Of a DNA stretch of 64,000 nucleotides, positions 30,246-45,849 are shown piece by piece. Within the stretch, counting starts at the first letter, position 1, and each line of letters starts with the position of its first letter. The notes under the pieces were generated by a model. That model had not been told where the DNA came from, searched no databases, and was given only the letters and a program-made list of their open reading frames with translations. Source of the stretch: the human T2T-CHM13v2.0 reference genome, Homo sapiens; NCBI RefSeq assembly GCF_009914755.1, contig NC_060934.1. One strand, 5' to 3'. The translations under genes and the position numbers were made by a program.

Positions 30246-31069
30246 ATTCACAAGTAGGTCCATTGTTATAAATGAATGTTTTGGAAACACAAGCTGTCAC
30301 TGAGTTCCACGTGTCGTGTTCTGCTTTCGAATGACCTGCCCTGAATATATCTCACATGCAGTCTTGCATATGCCTGATTCAGACTTTTGCTCACAGCTAT
30401 GGGGAGGTGTTGAGCTCTGCATGGGCCAGCAGATCCAGGCAGAAAGACTTCCATGTCTGTACAGCAGCATTTGTTCATTGCTCCAATGGTTTATTTTCCC
30501 CTGGTTTTATTAAAATAGTGAAAAACACTAAAGTGGAAGGGCTTACACTCAAGAGCAACACAATTGGAATGACAGCATGGGTTTTCAGGGGTGCCCAAAG
30601 AAGTCCTTCCCCTCTGTTGTATGTCCCTAGGTCTTAAGCCACTACACTGAATTCATGTGTGAAGGAAAGGAACAAAATTCAAGGGTGTGTATGAAATGCT
30701 AGCAATATAGCCTTGAATGCTGTACCTGGATGTAGAGCAGGAAGCAAGGCTTGTACCGTCTCTTCCTTACCTCTCTGAGAAGGGACCCCACCCCAAATTG
30801 ATCTGCTCTGGCTCCGACACACCCCCTACATACGACCCACTCTGTGGAGGCAATAGGGAAGTCCTGCTCTGTGTCTGAAAATGTCAAAGACAGCTTATTC
30901 CTGGGAAGCCATCAAATACACCCTGCTCTGCTGTATATATTATTCAAGTACTCAGTAAACCCTTTGTTTCTGGAGAGCAAAGGCCACTGGCAGCCCAACC
31001 TCTGCCCAGACAAGGAGGGGACAGGCAGGGAGCTGGCAAGGGCATACAGGATCATGGCCAGAGGGTGAG

Positions 31070-31250
31070 CTCAGTGCCCAGAATCTGTCCCCATAGGAGC
31101 ACAGGGTCCCCAGGCTTTCAATTCTCCAGACTTCGTTTCCCAGCCTATAAAATGCGTACAAAACTGACATCCTCTCGGGATGTTAAGATTCGATGATATT
31201 ACAAATGTGAAAGCACTTTGGAACCCATAAAGTGCTGTATCAATACTGGT
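31070..31250 (+). mobile_element. MIR/MIR3
   Basis: TTTCCCAGCCTATAAAATG...ATGTGAAAGCACTTTGGAACCCATAAAGTGCT. Confidence 0.65.
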
Positions 31251-31889
31251 TGATCGTGCTCTTATTAAGATTATTCTATTAATAACCCATCTCAAATTAC
31301 ATATCTGTAGACAGTGCGTTTGTGCATCTATTGGGCCAGCTGCTCTCCAGGCCAGGAAGCCAGAAAGATCTCATGGAGGAGCTGGTCCTCCTACTTCCTT
31401 CCCTTGCTAAGGCCAAACCTGCCCGAATGAGCTTCATCTAGAGGGCACCTCTCAGGCTCAGCACCTGGAGCAGCCCTCCATGTGGACAGCCGGGCCTGTC
31501 CAGCCCAACCAGAGGGGGCCGTGGATTTTGTCCATGGCTGTTTCCCAGACTCCATGGCAGTGATTTAGATGCCCCTGCCCCCTGGCTGCACGCTGGAACA
31601 TGTGCACCTGGTTTCTCCCGGCACTGACCTACTTATCCATCAGTTACTCAACTGTCTACTGACGTGTTTATTGAGCATGTCCCAAAGGCCAGGTACCAGA
31701 CCACTTGCTGCATGTGACATGCAGACACATATGGAACCAGGCCAGCCCTTGAACAATCACAAGTGTCCCAAGTGCTACAAAAGAGAAGGAAGGGATGATG
31801 TTGCAGAAAGTGGGGAGGGAGGGGCAGTGCTAACCTGCTCTGGGGTCTCTCTCGAAATTTCCTTTTGTTTGTCCTGCTGACCTTTCTAT

Positions 31890-32430
31890 GCATGCTTTTA
31901 CTCTGAAGTCACACCTTTTCTTAACCTGTAGAAAATTCTCGGTCATGTCATTCTACCACTCCTTCTACTGTATCTTCTCTACCATTCTCTCCACATTTTC
32001 TCCTTCAGAACATTGGTTGTTAAAAACTCAGCCATTTTTTAAGTTCTCTTCCATAGTTTCATCTCCTTCTATCTGTGAGCTGCTTTTAGTTTTCCATTCG
32101 CAAATTGTATCTTTGACTAGCTCATCTATTGATTTAATTATCATAGTTTTTATACCTAGATTTCTACTCAGTTTTTTTTCAGAGCCAATCTGTTCTTAAT
32201 TTATACTTTCCTGGGTTTATTTTATAATTACTTTTTATGAATGCTATTTCTTCTTCTTTGTGGGTCTTAAGATGCTTAAGGCTTTTTGGTTTTGAGATTT
32301 TTCTCATATTTCCATTTCTTTGGCAGTGAATTCATCTCCTATTATTAGTTTTGTAACCTTTCTTAGAATTAGTTTTTTCACATGCTTCAAAATGTTCGCT
32401 TGCAATAGGAATTCTGTGTTTTGTTCTTCC
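31890..32430 (-). mobile_element. Ancient L1M fragment
   Basis: T-rich degenerate L1 antisense-like sequence. Confidence 0.45.
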
Positions 32431-34068
32431 CACTGCATTAACCTCCCAGACCCACCCGCACCCTCCCAGGATTTTGTCATTGCTCCCATCTGGCCTTCTA
32501 GAGTACCCAGTCCCAAATGAGGCTTGCTCTGACAGCTCCGAGGTTCTGAAATGCCAAAACGGAGGAGTTAGCCAGTCCAGTCATTGGCCCAGGGCCTGGC
32601 CCAGGAACTACCTTTGAGCCTCCCTTTGCCCCCTTTTGCCCTCTTAGGCATGCAGGTCTTGCTAGCCTTAGCCCTGGTAGCAGTTCCAGTATTTTGCAGC
32701 CACCTGTCACAGGTGGCTGGATCTGCCCTCGCTCCCAGTTCCCATAGCCCCTGATGCAAGTGAGATGCTTTGGGCTCTCAGGTCCTTTGCCCATGTCAGA
32801 GCCCAGAGGTGTGGTCTCACTATGCTGTGGAACCCCAGCTGACAGAACCACTCACTGCCCAGGGATCCTCAGGGAAGTTGAGAAGGGAAAGCAGATTGCT
32901 TTAAAGGCCGCTGTTATAAAGCCGTAGCCAAAGCAGCTGTGGCCTGTGAAATGGACCTACGAGAAACACAGCAAGAGAGAAGGTGTGAAAACCAGGAGTG
33001 CCTCTCAGTCCCTGCATGAGGAAGCAATGTGACTGTTTGATGGCCCTGAGTTATGTGGGGGTCATACAGGCCCCTTAGCTATATCATCATTCCAACAGCA
33101 CAAAGACATGAAAAAACCTACAGTTTGCAAGCAGCTGCCCCAGAGACAGACTGGCAACACCATGAGGCCAAATCATACAATTGCACAGAGAAGGCAGCCC
33201 TTCTGTGTGCCTGTGCAGCCTTCCTCCCTCAACTGGCATTGCACCTAGGGCAGGCCCTGTGTCCAAAGTGAGCAGTGATATCAGGGTTACTTGCCCAGGT
33301 CACTGACCAGTAAACGACATGTATGTGTCACCGGTCAGTTGCTATTGGTATAAACACTTCTTCTGTAATATATATGGCCTAGTATCCATTTGGGATGGTT
33401 CCAAACCATAAGTTGGGGTTCTCCAGGTTTGGAATGGTGCATTTCAGAAGGTAAAAATACCAGAAATTAGACTACAAGAAAATGATGTGTTAGAGAGGAG
33501 TGTGGGGTAAGGAGACTAACAGCAGAGAGGCAGGCAAGATTCAACATTTTGAGATTTATTTTGTGTTATTGGCAAGCCTTCATAGGCTTTTTAGCAGGGT
33601 ACTAACAAGGAAATATTTAGGAAGAAAACTGGTAGCCACATGGATGAGCTGTTGGAGAGAAAGAGACTAGAGACAGTGTCTGGAGTCAGGCCAGCCCCAG
33701 GTTCCAGTTTTATACTCCTCTGTAGGTGCTTTTGTTCCAATCTTGGTCCAGATTCACTCCTAAATTCATCAGGGTTTCCACTCCTTGAAGTCAAAGAGGT
33801 CTAATGAACACAGCACTTTATGCATATTACCTTTCTCAGCCATCAAATCATTACAAATTAGAACTTGGAACTGGAGAGAGCAAGTTACTTGCCTAAGGAC
33901 ACAGCTATTAGACAGGTGTATGGGCTTCCCAAGTGATGCACCAATCCTCCCTCTCCCCAAGCAGGATGCAGAGGGCAGCAAGGGAGGGGTTCCAAATGGG
34001 TGATGTGGTGCTCTCGCAGCAACCCAAGGCTCAGGTTCAGCTCTAGCCCTCAGTACTGAGCTAAAACT

Positions 34069-34412
<344 letters not shown>

Positions 34413-34649
34413 CTAAAACTGAAGACAGTTAGGGAGGCCCTGGTCATCCTCTCACCCCTTCTCCCTTCATGTCCATTCACCCCCAGCCCCAAGCCCAGCC
34501 AGTGGTCACTGGGGCCACACGTCCCCATCTTTGTGCTTTGCACATGGGTCCTCTGACCCAGCTGCCTCCCACCTGGATCTGCCTGAAGAACTCTTCAATA
34601 TACAGCTTCTGTTATCAGACGCTCATTTCGGGGGGACAGCTGCCACAAG

Positions 34650-34830
34650 TGTGGCCTCTGCAGCCAGAGATCCAAGTTCAAATCCTGATTCTGCCTCTAG
34701 TGAGCTGTGTGATCACAGTCAAGTTATTTCACTTCTCTGAATCTCAGCTTTTCATCTGCAAAAGCTGTCCCAAGGTCATTTTAATAAATGCATACAATAG
34801 CTGCTGCGAAGCGCTCAGTATTGCTGAGAA
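34650..34830 (+). mobile_element. MIR
   Basis: GTTCAAATCCTGATTCTGCC...AAGTTATTTCACTTCTCTGAATCTCAGCTTTTCATCTGCAAAA. Confidence 0.82.
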
Positions 34831-34879
34831 CTACTGGCGTCTATAAAGTTCTGAGTCAGGGTTAACAGCTGTGGCATGT

Positions 34880-35040
34880 ATGGTAATTGTTTGCTTGCGA
34901 ATCATCCTTCCCCTCAGCTGCCTGTGAGTTCCTCAGGGAGAGGAGCCATCTTTGATTCAGGGCTATGTTCCAGTGCCTGAAATAAGGCATACCTCGGAAA
35001 TGCTTGTTAAACAAAGGAAGGAACGTGAGAGTGAATGATG
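34880..35040 (+). mobile_element. L2 3' end
   Basis: CTGTGAGTTCCTCAGGGAGAGG...CCAGTGCCTG...AAATGCTTGTTAAA. Confidence 0.6.
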
Positions 35041-35323
35041 ACAACTCTCTTTGCCAAACATTCTACCAGTGACTCCTTTGCGAAAACTGGCTGCAGGATG
35101 GTGATTTTGATTTGCTGTAAACCTAGTGCCAATTGCTTCCATCTGAGCTTTAGATAGGTGAAGAGCCTCCCCTCGCCCCGGGAGTGTCACATCTATAGCC
35201 AGGGCACCGTGGATAATCCATTAACACGGATTCCCTCTCTGCAGCCTCAATGACCCTGTCAGTTCCCAGCTGCTAAGAGGTTGCCTCAGCCATGACCTGG
35301 GACCATGACCATCATACCTGATT

Positions 35324-35453
35324 CACCTGGACCTCCCACTTGGACACCCTACCTGGACACCCCACCTGGGAATCCTACCTGGACATCCCACCTGGACATT
35401 CCACCTGGACATCCCACCTGGACATTCCACCTGGACATCCCACCTGAACGTCA
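35324..35453. repeat. Minisatellite: about 10 copies of the 13-mer CACCTGGACATCC
   Basis: Units start exactly every 13 bp from 35324 to 35441. Confidence 0.96.
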
Positions 35454-35569
35454 CAGCTTTTGCCTTCCTGGCGTCAGGAAACCTAAAGCCAAGCCTGGCC
35501 ACACCCTGGGAGTAGCAGAGCTTTGGCCTCACAGAAGCAGCAGATGTGGAGCCAAACTTTACTGTGGCC

Positions 35570-35700
35570 TGAGGACCTGGCTTTGAACCTAGCTCTGCTA
35601 ACTGACTTTATCACCTTGGGCAACTTACTTAGCCTTTGGGGACTTGATGTCCATTTATCTAAAATGGAAATAGTGCTAGCTATCGCTTCTTGAGCACTCA
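35570..35700 (+). mobile_element. MIR
   Basis: CACCTTGGGCAACTTACTTAGCC...ATCTAAAATGG. Confidence 0.75.
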
Positions 35701-36848
35701 TCAAATTGACAGGGAAAGGCCTCATTGTTATTTCTATTCAGCATCGCCTTCTCAGGAGCATGGGTCCAGGTTTCTGGAGGATACCTGAGGACCAGGAGCC
35801 CTGATGTGTGGGCCGCACGCCCACGTCCCTGCCCAGACAGGCCTCCCCTCACATTGCAATTTCAGTCCTTGGCTGAAATTCAGTCCCTTGGCTATTATAC
35901 TGCTCCCAGATGGGGAGGAGTTGAGAGTTAGAGACAGGAAAGACCAAGAAGAGGAAGGTGGGAGAAGACTCCTCTCTGTGTTTATAAAAATGCTTTTGGA
36001 TGCTTGCTAGCATCAGAAAGATTTTAGCTGCCAATTAACAAACAGTGGCCACAGCTGAAGGTGACAAGATGTTCCTTGCATCTTAAGCTGATGCTACTGT
36101 TTGCAAGACATGAGCCTTACATTATGTCAAAAGGTGTTTACTGAATGAATGGATGAATGGATCCATCAGCTCACAGGATTAATTAAGATTTTCATCATCT
36201 GAATGTGAAATTATGTCCATGTGCAGAGCCTCCATTCCTGCCCAGCGGCTTCATCACAGCCAGGTCCCTGTCTCTCCTGGGTCCCCTCAATGGCTCTCCT
36301 TCCTCCCAGGTGTCTGGGGAAGGACAGCAGCAGTAATCCAGGGACAGCCTTTATAGCGGATGAAGCACTCTGCCAGACACCGCTGCCCTATCTCTATAGG
36401 ATTCTCATCTCCACTGGGAGAAAAATACTTACTATTATAAGCTGCCTCAAATTATTTCCAACACCACTAAGGAACTCATGGTAAAATATAAACTCAATAA
36501 AGAGCTGGGTATGGCTCTTACCCTGAGGATAGGGTGCAGCTGCGAGCTGACTGTTCTGAGCTCTGCCTTAGAACAGAGTGGCAGTGTTTCCTAGTGCCCA
36601 GGTGACTCTCTCTGGTGGGCCTGCTGTGGCTCAGCCCTAGATCCAACAAAGAGAGGGCAGGAGCACAGCCTAGGCCTTCTTCTGGCATCCCAGCTCACTG
36701 TGGGTTGCAACTCACCAGTGGGTGTGAAATCCATCACGACTGAGACCAGTAAGTTTTTAATGAAATGAAATACAAAAAAAAAAAAAGTTAGAGTTTGTAT
36801 ATGCGTGCATACTGTGTCACACCGTAATTTGTTTTTTTGTTGTTGTTG

Positions 36849-38037
<1,189 letters not shown>

Positions 38038-38122
38038 AGGTAATTTGTATTTCTAACTGTAGATTGTAGTCAAAGTTTGAACGGGTCAGCCATGCGCACA
38101 ATGCCAGCCTGCCTACAAATGT

Positions 38123-38422
38123 AGACTGGGGCCTTTGACTCATGCCTGTAATCACAATATTTTGGGATGTCGAGGCAGGCAGATCACCTGAGGTCAGGAG
38201 TTCAAGACCAGTCTGGCCAACATGGTGAAACCCCATCTCTACTAAAAGTACACAAATTAGCTGGATGTGTTGGTCCACACCAGTAATCCCAGCTACTCAA
38301 AGGCTGAGGCACAAGAATCACTTGAACCCGGGAGGTGGAGGTTGCAGTGAATCAAGATCATGCCATTGCACTGCAGCCTGGGTGACAGTGTGAGACTCTG
38401 TCCCAAAAAAAAGAAAAAAAAA
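38123..38422 (+). mobile_element. AluS
   Basis: Full dimer with A-tail. Confidence 0.94.
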
Positions 38423-38917
38423 GAGTAGGTTGGGAAGCCAGTAACTAGGAACAGGCTCCATTTAATCCATCACAAAAAGAGGATTTGAGCAGAGAAGGCA
38501 AAGACAAACCCTTGGGCAGGCAGCATCTGCTCTGCTGGACAAGCTGTTTTCAACCATACCTAATGATGGAAGCAGGGACTACATTGTCCAAAGCAAGGAT
38601 CTTGGGACCCAGTGGGGGCTCAACGCAGCAAAGGGCTGCTGATATGCTCATCTAAGATCCTGATGGGTGCCCGTTTCTTACAGAACTGTGTGCTCACAGC
38701 TGTGCTCAGTGGGCCACATGGTCCTGCCCGTCTGGCCAGCCCATCTTGGTTCCACTGTGTTCCTGGAGTCCTTACTGCTAGGCTCTGGCTGATGCTAGCC
38801 CCTGTGATGGGCTGCCCGCCCCACATTTCCCCTGGCTGGTCTCCACTCTCTCGGCTACTCCCTGCTCTGTCCCATAAAAGCACTCAAGGCAGCCTTCTCA
38901 TCTAGATCATTCTTTAG

Positions 38918-39070
38918 GCCTGGAGTTCTTTAATCTGAGGGCTTTTGCACACCCTGAATTGGATGCAAAAGGGGGTATTTGTCCCATGTGTGTTTTTCTG
39001 GGAAAAGGACTCACAATTTTACCAGACTCTCAAAAGCATCTGTGCCCTCAGCAAAAGCCCCAAGCCCTGC
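38918..39070. mobile_element. Short hAT-Charlie-type non-autonomous fossil
   Basis: TTTTTCTGGGAAAAGGACTCACAATTTTACCAGACTCTCAAAAG resembles a recalled MER5/MER103-type motif. Confidence 0.45.
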
Positions 39071-39289
39071 CTCAGGAAGCCTGATCTGCTCAGGCTGGGT
39101 GACTATCTGTCCGTGTCTGTCCCCCCCAAAGTGGCGTTCAGCAACTGATGCTGGGGCAAACTGCCCTGCCATCTGCCAGAATGTAAAGCATCAGCTGTGT
39201 GGAGGATGGGCGGGGGGCTGGACCCCAGCCAGGCCCTTTCAAAGGCACTAGGGGTTTGGCTCTAGCATGCATCCCTGTTGTGGGTGGCA

Positions 39290-39720
39290 AAAACCACTAC
39301 CGGGAGTCAGGCTGAGCTGGCTTAAATCCCAGTTCTGTCTCTGGCTCATTCTGCCTCCATAGGCACCTGTTTAACCTCTGTGAGGCTCTGATTTCTCATC
39401 TAGAAAATGCCGATAAGAAGATGTACCTTCCAGGATTATTGTGGCAATTAAATGAGATACTGTAAGAACAGCCACTTTACCGCCTATAAATGCTATTTTT
39501 TTTAATTGACTCAGTGAAAAACATTTTACCATTTTAAATACCCTCAACCCCTGAAGCACTGCAGCTCTTAGCTCTATGACCTCAGGAAAATTACTTATTT
39601 CTGTCAACTGTCCTACTTCTGACAAATGGGGATGGCTTCATGTTGGTGTTCGCAAGATGACAAGTCAACACGTAGGAAGCACTTGAAGCAGGGCCTGGGT
39701 CCTTGTACAGTCTTGCACTG
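39290..39720 (+). mobile_element. Two MIR fragments
   Basis: TTTAACCTCTGTGAGGCTCTGATTTCTCATCTAGAAAATG; ATGACCTCAGGAAAATTACTTA. Confidence 0.7.
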
Positions 39721-39799
39721 TTATTTCTGCAAGAAAGGGGTGGCAGGTGAAGAGTCCCTCCCTTAGACTGTGCCTAGGAGCAAAATTGCCATTTCTGTC

Positions 39800-40522
<723 letters not shown>

Positions 40523-40739
40523 CTCTCTCTCCTTGCCTCTCCTTGCCGATGGGCCACCAGAAATCTCTCTTCCCTTCTTCACCAAACACTGCTCCACCTA
40601 GACAGTGGTGCAGATGCCAGAAGGCACATGTTGCCTAGCACAGAACCTCCCATTCTGTCCGTTTTTTTGGCACTGTGGGCTCAAATGCTAATGAAACACA
40701 TGGAAAGACCTCGAATTCAGTCCCCATTTGGTTGGTGAG

Positions 40740-40930
40740 GAAGAGGCCCTACTCACTGACTTTGCATTCATCACCTCTGACCCCATCACGACCTCTGAGA
40801 CAGAGCCAAGAAGCCCATTTTATAGATGAAGAAACCAAGCCTGAGTGGGGTAAGCACTTGCCCAAGGTTACACAGCTGGCAAAGGGCAGTGAGGTCTGCC
40901 TAGACCTCACTTGCTCCTCCATGCCATGAA
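40740..40930 (-). mobile_element. MIR
   Basis: CCCATTTTATAGATGAAGAAACC...CTTGCCCAAGGTTACACAGCTGG. Confidence 0.8.
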
Positions 40931-41979
40931 GCTCTCTTATTCACCTCTTTGTTAGCAAATGCCTTAAAAGCATTTGAAGGGCCTGAAATGTCAAAATCCA
41001 GCTGGCATCCCCATTAGGGAGGGCTCATCCACTGAGTGGACAGATTATGGTGACAGGTACCTGCCCCGGTCTTCCCACACACCCCAGCAAGGGGTCATAT
41101 GTACTCTCTTCCACAGATTGCACCTCCCGAGTTTTCTCTCTCTCACACCTCCCTTCTCACCACCATACCCTTGACCCAGTAATTTCTCAGACCCTACATG
41201 TCTCCACCAGCCCACGTGCCCATTAGACTCAAGGAGAGGAAACGGCAGAGGTTCAACCTAGCAAGCCCAAGCTCTGGGTTTTCTGGCTTTCCCTGAGTGA
41301 TTGTGGCAGGGGGTGGGTCACTGAAGGTTATCAGCATATCACTGGCTTGACCCTGGGTGGGAGGCAGGGAGGGCTTCCCGCTTTGAGGCGCCCCACCCCC
41401 ACCCCTGTGGACAGGGTAATTATGGATAGACTGGGCTGAGTGATGGCCTGGGGTCTCGGGCATCTGCAGGCTGCCCCCAGGCTGAAGCATGCCTGCCAGT
41501 GGCTTTTAGGCCCATATGAGCTGGAGGGTCCTTCCTTCCTTCCCAGGCTCACAGAACCCCTGTGGGGCTGCTGTGAGTCCTGTGAGGCCACCCACTAAGC
41601 TGCCACCCCAGCCAGGCAGCCTTGGTAGGAACAGCCCAGACCAAAGGGAGATTGGAGCCAGGAAATTCCACGGTGGTGGGACTGGCCTGCTGTATGCACA
41701 GATTCAGGCTCTAGGAGGCCCTGGGAAGGGAAGGGCCCTGCCCACACCCACAGTCCCTCAGGGCACCCCCTGGCTAGGCTTGTGTTTCCCCCCTAAGAAG
41801 ACCTTTACAGAGCCCAGGCTGGAGTCCTGGACGTGGGTGCAGGAAGGGAACTCAGAGCTTCCAGGCGGGGCTGGCAGCCACACCTCTGCTGCTCCTCTGC
41901 CAGGCCCTGGCATGGCAGAGCCAGCCTGGGCGGGGAACGGCAAGAGGAGCAGGAAGCAGAGAGAGGGTTTCTGTGGGGG

Positions 41980-42725
41980 TGTAACCGCCCAAGGGGTTCT
42001 CCTCACCTGCTGCCCAGATAGCCGATTTATCATGACAGGAGAATTGTAATAGAGAAAGACTAATTCATGCAGAGCCAGCTGTATGAGAGACCAGAGTTTT
42101 ATGATTACTCAAATTTTTAAGTCTCCCTGAAAATTCTGAGACTCAGGTTTTTAAGGATAATTTGGTGGGTAGGGAGTCGGAAAGTGGGGAGTGCTGATTG
42201 GTGGAGTCAGAAATAAAATCATAGAGTGTCAAAGTGGGATTATTTTGCTGTCTTCATTCGGTTCCTGGGTGGCATCGCAGAACTGGTTGAGCCAGAGTAC
42301 CGGTCTGGGTGCCTGCTGGTGCATTGGAACACAGGGTCTGCAAAATAGCTCTAGCATTAATCTGAGTTTTTACAACAGTGACGTTAGCCCCAGGAGCAGT
42401 TTGGGGAGGTTCCAAATCTTGCAGCCCCTGGCTGCGTGACTCCTAAACCGTAATTTCTAATATTGTGACTAATTTGTTAGTCCTTCAAAGGCAGACTGGT
42501 CCCCAGGCAAGAAGCCAAGAAGCGGGGTTGTTTCAGGAAAGGGCTCTTATCATTTTTGTTGCAAAGTAAAACTATAAACTAAATTTCTCCCAAAATTAGT
42601 TCTACCTACCCCCAGGAATGAACAAGGATCGCTTGGAGGTTAGAAGCAAGATGGAGTCCGTTAGGTCGGATCTCTTTCACTGCCATCATTTTCTCACTGT
42701 TATAATTTTTGCAAAGTCATTTTCA
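41980..42725 (-). mobile_element. Solo ERV1 LTR, LTR8-type (LTR8A-like)
   Basis: On the minus strand begins TGAAAATGACTTTGCAAAAATTATAACAGTGAG...GACTCCATCTTGCTTCTAACCTCCAAG and ends GGGCGGTTACA; G-run TSD on both sides. Confidence 0.9.
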
Positions 42726-43484
42726 GGGGGAGGAGGAGTTTCAGTGCTGGGGCTTGGAATGGCCTGGCATCCTGCCCCAAGGAGCCCAGGAACCCACCTC
42801 GGGCTGCAATGGGATCAGAGCTGGTTCAGGGGTAAGGGTCATGTCCAGAACACCCTGGGACTGGCATGGAAAGCCCTGGAGGAATGGCAGCAAGGGCCAT
42901 GCGTCAGAGGCCCATATCTGGCCACCCATTTTACTCAACATGGGGCCAGAGTCCTGAGGGCAGTGACTTGCTAAGACCACACAGAAAGAATGGGGGTGAG
43001 TGGGAGGAGTAGTGTCTTCCAGATTGAGCCTGCGGACCAGAGGCAGCCTGAGGGTGTGAAAGGGCCGTGGCCAAAGAGCACTAACCCTGCTCAAAGGTGG
43101 CCCTCTTTGGGCCGGGTCTCACCAGCAGCCAGTGAGCGCTGTGGTTTCCAAGCAAGCTATTCGGAGTGCAAGCCGTCTGAGGAGGCCCCACATCCAAACA
43201 CAGACACAGGCATGAGCGCGTGTGTGCATTCACACACACACATGAGCACGCCCATGCACACCCCGCACCATGCACACACACATACACACATTTCAACCAG
43301 AAGAATTTCTCTTTTCTCTCTTCTGTATCAGATTTTGATGACTGAAGCCAATAAAATTGCTTTTTTAAAAAGGCAGTGGCCACAGAAGAATGGGCACCTT
43401 TGGGAGTCAGAAGCCACTGCAACTCCATGTCAGGGCACTTACAGCTCTAAGATTGCTGAGGTCAGGAAGTGGCGAGCCGGGTTC

Positions 43485-45052
43485 ACATACCACACACATA
43501 ACTCACACCCTCTATACTACACATACCCCACACACAAACACACATCACACACACAACCACACACAATACATACACCCCACACACACACATCACACACACA
43601 GCCACACATCACACACAACCACACACATCACATACACATAATTGCACATGATACACACACCCCACACACAAACACACACATCGCATACACACAATCACAC
43701 ACAATACACATACCCCACATACAAACACACATATCACACAACCACACACCTCACACCACATACACACCACATACATCACATACCACACACACCACATATA
43801 ACCACACACATCACATACATCACACAACTGCATACAACCACACACAATACACACAACCACACATATCACATACATCACACAGTCACATACACAACCACAC
43901 AAAATACACACCCCCCCACACAAACACACAACCACACATATCACACAACCACACACACTACACACCACCCATACAACCACACACATCGCATACACACAAC
44001 CACACAGACCACACACAACCACACACATCATACAACCACACACACAACCACACAACCACACACGACATGCACACCACACATATACCACACAAACCACACA
44101 GAACCATACACATCTTATTCATCACACATCAATCACACACTACACACAACCACACACACTACACACACCCTACACACAAATCCAAAACCACACACATCAT
44201 AAAACCACACATACCACACACCACACAACCACACACATCACATACATACAACATACATATACCACACACACCACATACAACCACACACATCACATAATCG
44301 CATACAATAACACACTGCACACAACCATACACAATACACACACTCCACATACCTCACACACAAATTCACAACCACATACGTCACACACACAACCACACAC
44401 ACCACAACCACACACATCACATTCATCATACATCACACAATCACACACAACCACACACCACACACAGTGCACACACCCCACACACAGATACACAACCACG
44501 TGCATCACACAACCACACACACCACACACAACCACACACGAAACACATCATATACATCACACATCACACACATCACACAATTGCATACACACCACACACC
44601 ATACACAACACACACATCACATAATCACACACAGTCACACATATACACATCATACAAACAACATGCACACAATCACACACACCATACCTACCATATACAC
44701 CACACATGCATAATCATACACTCCACACATACATGCACACACATACATTGCATACACACATCACACAACCACACACCACCACACACATCACACATCACAT
44801 ACACACAACCACACATGCCATACACATCACACAAACCACACACAACACCACACCCCACACACACCACACACACACACACACACCACATGAACACACAGCA
44901 TCACAACTGCACACATCACACATACCAAACACATCCACACCACACACATACAACCATATACACCACACACATAATACATACCACATACAACACACACATG
45001 TGCACACACATCACAATCACACACACAACTGCACACACACACCACCACTCAC
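43485..45052. repeat. About 1.57 kb degenerate CA-rich array (CACACAACCACACACATCA-like units)
   Basis: Direct inspection; source of His/Thr-rich pseudo-ORFs. Confidence 0.97.
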
Positions 45053-45224
45053 AGTTCCCCCTAAACATTGCTCTTCCCCACTCCCCTGCCTTTGCACACG
45101 CTGTTCCCTCTGATGGGAAGCCCTTCCGTGGGGCTGTGACACCTCCCACCCCAGGATCAGTGACCCCTGTCTGCCCCACCCCTCCCTGAGATTCCCATGT
45201 AACTATGAGGGGGTTCCCAGGCAG

Positions 45225-45590
45225 CCCGGAAACTGGCACTTTTTCAAAGCTCTCAGGTGATTGTAATGCACAGCAGAGTTGAGAGCAACTGCACTAGACC
45301 TGTGCTGTCTCCAGTGGCTGCTGAGCCTTGGAAGCCGGGCTGGTCCCACTGAGACGTGCTGTGAGTGCCGGGTGCATGCCAGACCTCGAAGACGGAGCAT
45401 GAAGAGAAATGCAAAATATCTCAGTTATATACAAATTAAACTTTGAAATGGTAACATTTTAGATATATTGGGTTAAGTAAAATATATTATGAAAATTAAT
45501 TTCACCTGTTTCCTTTTGCTTTTTAATGAGGCTATTAGCAAATTTAGAATTGCTGTGTATACCTGGTCCGGGGGCTTGGCGGTGACAAGG
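45225..45590. mobile_element. hAT-Charlie fossils: MER5A fragment followed by a MER33-like element
   Basis: CAGGTGATTGTAATGCACAGCAGAGTTGAGAGCAACTG; AAAATTAATTTCACCTGTTTCCTTTTGCTTTTTAATG. Confidence 0.75.
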
Positions 45591-45779
45591 TCTCAGGGTG
45601 TTCAGGGCTCCAAGGCCATTTGCCAAAATGCTTTGCCTCAGTCTGTCCTGAAAACACAGTGCCTCTGACTGCAGCGTCTCCTTGTCCATCAGAGGATCCC
45701 TGCGCTGGGAGGATCCGAAAGGACTGCTCCTTTGTCCCTGGGGTCACTGGGCAGGTCTAGGCCTACCCAGCTGACTGCC

Positions 45780-45849
45780 GACCACACACATCACACATAC
45801 CACACACACACAACCACATACATCATACACATGCACACACACGTCACAC
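45780..45849. repeat. Short CA-rich tract with the same units as the 43.5-kb array
   Basis: ACCACACACATCACACATACCACACACACAACCACATAC. Confidence 0.9.

Noticed and set aside
35324-35453. CRISPR-like array
   Set aside because: Head-to-tail units with no unique spacers; primate DNA; no cas genes
42990-44297. Longest ORF (435 aa, His/Thr-rich)
   Set aside because: Its length comes from the stop-poor CA array; overlapping frames are also open; no recognisable domain
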